From IMG/VR virus record IMGVR_UViG_3300015245_000039: DNA of 64,000 bases, one strand, 5' to 3'. The stretch is from an uncultured virus (IMG/VR IMGVR_UViG_3300015245_000039). Taxonomy: Duplodnaviria > Heunggongvirae > Uroviricota > Caudoviricetes. Shown here in pieces: positions 60,393-64,000 of the stretch. The translations under genes were made by a program, and so were the position numbers. The first letter of the stretch is position 1, and the number at the start of each line of letters is the position of its first letter. Under the pieces are notes generated by a model. The model was given only the letters and a program-made list of their open reading frames with translations. It was not told where the DNA came from and did not search any database.

Positions 60393-62278
60393 ATGATCCT
60401 CACCGACGCACAGGTCAAGGTTGCGGCGGACCACGTCTCATCCACGGGTAGCTCGCGCTACACAAAGGATCAGTACCTGGCCGTCATCACCAGGGTCGTG
60501 AAGTCCGGCAAGGGCGAAGGTCGCCTCGAGTCCGAGTTCCCCGGCGTGAAGCCTGCGAACGTCCACTACCAGCTGAAGCAGCTGCGGGGCGACACAAAGG
60601 TCCAGGTCGGCTGGGACAAGAAGAAGGACGGTCTCGGGGTCTTCGTTCTTCCGGCCTAAGTCGGAGGGAGCGGGAGTCCAACAACTCCCCCTCCTCGGAG
60701 TGGTCGGTAGTCGCCCACCCAGTCTAAGGAGTAGGACATGAAGCGCAAGCTGGCAGCAGCAGCAGCCGTCATCGCCATCCTCGGCGCAGGCGGACTGAAG
60801 ATGAAGTCAGATCACGATCATCTCGCCGATCTAAGCAAGAGCGAGAAGATCGAGATGTACTGCATGGACACGGACCACAACCACGGGTCGATGTTCAACT
60901 GCATCATGAAGCTCGAGGAAGGTCGCATGATCATGGCGACCGGCCACGGCTGGGAGAACTAGATCTCGGGGAGGGGAAGGCCGGACGGTCTCCCCTGACC
61001 AAGACCTAACCCAGAAAGGAGAAAACATGCTCACAGACGAACAGGTCCGCGAGGCTATCAGCCAGATGAAGTCACACTGCCGTCTCCTCGTGGAGGGATA
61101 CAAAGCTGGGACGAGGGAGTACGAGATGCTCTCAGCCCGCGGAGTGCTCTACACGCTAGGCTTCGATGAAGCAGCAGCAGATCAAGTCCTCGAAGCCATC
61201 GCAAAGGCAGGATTCGATTACTGCCTCGACTCAAAGATCGCATGCTCCAGCGGAGTGGGAGGAAGCAGCGAGAAGACCAGGCCGAGCCAAGATGTCTGCA
61301 TCTGGGGTGTCGATCAACTCGAATCGCGCCTCGCCTTCATCCGGTAATGGAGCTCAACGACGACGAGCTCGCCAGGGCCAAGAAGATCGCCAGAGCTAAC
61401 CCTGTAAGGCGAGGCACACACAAGCGCAGGGCGAAAGCTCTCGGCATGCACATGTCCACCTTCTGGCAGCAGAGTGATGCTGATCGGAAGATCCTGTACG
61501 AACTCAGCAAGAAGGGAAGGAGGCAGCAGTAGATGGTCGCATAAGCAAGATCTGATACAGCTCAGGTCTCTCGACGCCCTAACCACGGGACGAGAGGCCT
61601 AAGCTCTACCAGAGAGGAGGAGCAATGAAGGAGCAAGAGCCAATCAAGTGGCCATTCGTAAGGAGACGAGGCATCATTCTCTGCTTCAACTGCGGATCGG
61701 CTAGAGGCAACACCTACTGGGGATGTCCGGCATGCGCACCTAGCAAGCCCGATCTCATCCCCGGCTACAAGGATGGCCGTTTCTCCGATGAGATTCTAGC
61801 CAGAGATGACGAGTACAAGGAGTTCATCCGTCATCAGTGGCCCATCCGCCACAACCCGATGGCCAAGGAAGCGATCCGCTGGGCCATCAAGCGCATCCAC
61901 CTCAACACCGGACAGACCGATTGATGGTTGAAGCCCTCGCTAGCTCGGGGGCTTGAGTCATCGAAAGGAGGGAACATGTCAGCATCAAGCAGGATCAATG
62001 AGATCACGAAGGATCTCAAGGAACAGAACGAGAAGTACATCGACGAACTCAGGTCGGATAAGCCTGCAATGCTCCGTCAGCTCGAAGACGAGTTCATCAG
62101 CGTCTATCAGAGCTTGGCTCGCATCAAAGCAGTGGCTGAGTACATCGAGCGAGTCAACGACGACAGCGGCGATCGTGATCCAGCCGCTAATGCAGCTCAG
62201 GCCGTCTACATCGCGGTCTACCAAGCACAGTCGTACACGCATCGCGCTCAGTCCTTCTGGGAAGATCTTCTTCCCTGA
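60393..62278 (+). other. First early-gene cluster (60393-60659, 60738-60962, 61027-61347, 61347-61532, 61625-61924, 61976-62278)
   Basis: Most ORFs have a strong RBS preceded by a hairpin; no families recognised. Confidence 0.7.
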
Positions 62279-62294
62279 ATTCAAGAGCACTAAG

Positions 62295-62442
62295 GGCACT
62301 CGCCCGAGCGCATACGCACGGACGCATGACCACCCCACTAGCGTAAAGACACTCCCTCGAGCGCACGTATGCGAGCAGGGGAGAAGCTCCGCGTACTAGT
62401 GATTTGGCTAGCCATGCACACATGCGCTCACGGGCGAGTGCC
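62295..62442. ncRNA. Structured non-coding element B (about 148-nt rod-like nested inverted repeat)
   Basis: GGCACTCGCCCG/CGGGCGAGTGCC 12-bp closing stem, then AGCGCAT/ATGCGCT, GCATG/CATGC, CACTAG/CTAGTG and an apical hairpin. Transcription is not shown. Confidence 0.45.
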
Positions 62443-62552
62443 ATAAGACTTCCTGGGATAACCCAGATCAAGGCCGAACTAATCTCAACAGACTACCTCT
62501 CGCGCATGCGTGCGCTGCCAGGCGCATATAGGCGCGATCGGAAGTCCGGGAT

Positions 62553-62589
62553 AAGTTCGAATACGCGGGTGTCCGAAACCTAGTAGGCT
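62553..62589 (+). promoter_or_regulatory. Putative phage promoter copy 3 (AAGTTCGAA box, 22 nt to TAGGCT)
   Basis: Same boxes and spacing as copies 1 and 2. Confidence 0.65.
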
Positions 62590-62661
62590 TCCGTGTAGCG
62601 GCAAGTTCGCCGCGACCTACCACACAAAGACCTCAGGCATGGGAGGTCAGAAGGGAGCAAC

Positions 62662-63279
62662 ATGCCACGCACGCGCACTCGCCCCAAGACGGGCGCTGCC
62701 AAGAAGACCACAGCAGGACGTGGCTCTTCGAAGACCGCAGCGCCCGCCGCACCCCCGGCAGAGACCGGAGAGGACAAGGCGGCAGCATCCGAGGCCAAGC
62801 GCCAGGAGCGCGAGAACCTCGAAGCCGAGCAGACTCAGGAAGTCCTGAATCGGTTCGGCGAGCACCCGGCAGTCGGCGGAGGGCAGGGGGACGAGAGTCT
62901 CTCGACCGTCGCCAACAGCCTCAACATCACGTCCGGCAAGGCCGCGTTTCTGCTGATGAAGCACGCGGTCAAGGAGGGCAAGGTCCCGAGCATCAGCGGG
63001 AAGGACGACGAGACGCTGCTCAAGGCGATCAACACCGCACGTCTCGCGGCCGACCGCTTCAGCTCCTGGGGCTGGCTCGCTGCCCGCGCCGGGAAGTCCG
63101 AGGGCTTCATCAAGAACGGTCTCGAGGAGCTGGGGCTGTACACGCCTCGCGCCGAGAACATCGCCAGCAAGCGCAGCGAAGCGACCAAGGCCGAGAAGGC
63201 AGCGGCGGCACCTGCGGCGGCGACCACGAACGGCGAGACCAAGAAGTCTCCTCGCCGACGGCGCTCGGGAAACGCGTAA
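62662..63279 (+). CDS. Basic-tailed putative DNA-binding protein
   Basis: K/R/A/P-rich termini, two HTH-like segments (SLSTVANSLNITSGKA; SWGWLAARAGKSEGFIK), capsid-like codon bias. Confidence 0.6.
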   Translation: MPRTRTRPKTGAAKKTTAGRGSSKTAAPAAPPAETGEDKAAASEAKRQERENLEAEQTQEVLNRFGEHPAVGGGQGDESLSTVANSLNITSGKAAFLLMKHAVKEGKVPSISGKDDETLLKAINTARLAADRFSSWGWLAARAGKSEGFIKNGLEELGLYTPRAENIASKRSEATKAEKAAAAPAAATTNGETKKSPRRRRSGNA

Positions 63280-63356
63280 CCCTCGAGGACCTACACCCCG
63301 ACAGACTCCATAAGCTCATCAAGCCGGGCAGGAGACTCCTGATCTACTACCCGCAC

Positions 63357-63560
63357 ATGAACGGTGAGCCGATTGAAGTCATCGTCGTGGGGACGCCAGT
63401 CGTCATCCCTGCCGGTCCTAGGACCAAGAAGGTCAAGGATCGGTGGGGGCGACGCACTGTCGAGGTCGTTACGGGTTACGTGTCGCAGCCCTACATCCGC
63501 GTGTACACGGATCCCGGCGGCACCAGGATGCTCGAGGTTCACGAGTTCACGGTGAAGTAA
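63357..63560 (+). CDS. Hypothetical protein
   Basis: 67-aa ORF with weak RBS. Confidence 0.45.
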   Translation: MNGEPIEVIVVGTPVVIPAGPRTKKVKDRWGRRTVEVVTGYVSQPYIRVYTDPGGTRMLEVHEFTVK

Positions 63561-63717
63561 AGCTAGGCGCGGCCCCATTAGTGGAGCCGCTCCTGGCCTA
63601 GCCAGCTAGCCCGTGCAGGCGACAGAGCCGGTACATGGGTGAGCTGGCTAGGCTGGAGCGCATCCAGCACCCTACAAGCCCGCACAGCGCGGGGAACATA
63701 GAGGGAGGAAGTAAGGT

Positions 63718-63963
63718 ATGAGCAAAGGCTCGTACGACATCCCCAAGGCGTCAGAAGAAGGACGCCTGGTCCTGCGGAACTCGCACGGACCGTTGAGTGG
63801 AGGCACGCGTGTCACTCTTGCTGCCCCACGCAACCCGTCCAAGCACGTCTTCACCGTTCAGGCGGAGATTGGTGTGATGGACTGGAAGAAAGAGGTCAAG
63901 CGCGTCATCACACTCGTTGACGTGCACAAGGACGATCTCGTGATTCGTAGGAGGGCGTCGTAA
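63718..63963 (+). CDS. Hypothetical protein
   Basis: RBS GAGGGAGG; stop overlaps the ATG of ORF 1-183 across the circular junction. Confidence 0.7.
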   Translation: MSKGSYDIPKASEEGRLVLRNSHGPLSGGTRVTLAAPRNPSKHVFTVQAEIGVMDWKKEVKRVITLVDVHKDDLVIRRRAS

Positions 63964-64000
63964 TGCTGACAGCCGAAGATACCAATGCCATCGAGGACTG
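63963..64000 (+). repeat. Terminal direct repeat / circular overlap with bases 1-38
   Basis: 63963-64000 (atgctgacagccgaagataccaatgccatcgaggactg) is identical to 1-38. The TAA of ORF 63718-63963 overlaps the ATG of the first ORF. Confidence 0.97.

Noticed and set aside
1..64000. Genome-wide stop-codon reassignment
   Set aside because: TAG, TGA and TAA all end well-defined genes, often overlapping the next start. Only one internal TGA was found.

Overview
The window holds an apparently complete, circularly closed genome (about 63,962 bp; bases 63963-64000 repeat bases 1-38) of a GC-rich, probably lytic, contractile-tailed phage. No integrase, repressor, tRNA or CRISPR array was recognised. 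The + arm (about 60390 through the origin to about 30050) carries many small early ORFs separated by long hairpins. It then has an SNF2 helicase, RuvC-like resolvase, NADAR, a PD-(D/E)XK exonuclease/AAA ATPase/SSB module, and a primase-MCM-like helicase (727 N inside it). A nucleotide-metabolism cluster follows (flavoprotein, nucleoside deoxyribosyltransferase/N-glycosidase, HD nucleotidase, MazG/DUF1599-like protein), then DnaE, an Rpf-like secreted protein, an Acb2-like anti-CBASS sponge, a non-canonical ThyX and a GroES-like protein. The - arm (59887 to 30056) carries terminases, lysis genes, a Mu-like portal/protease/capsid, neck, sheath/tube, frameshifted tail chaperones, tape measure, baseplate and fibre genes. 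An actinobacterial host, possibly Thermoleophilia, is inferred from motifs only. The best candidate for a new system is a DNA base-modification pathway built on the deviant ThyX plus the nucleotide cluster. Other candidates are a three-copy promoter with a fixed 22-nt spacer, two related structured non-coding elements, an in-frame UGA followed by a SECIS-like hairpin, and an ATA-initiated ATPase. All family calls come from motif recognition by eye; no searches were run.
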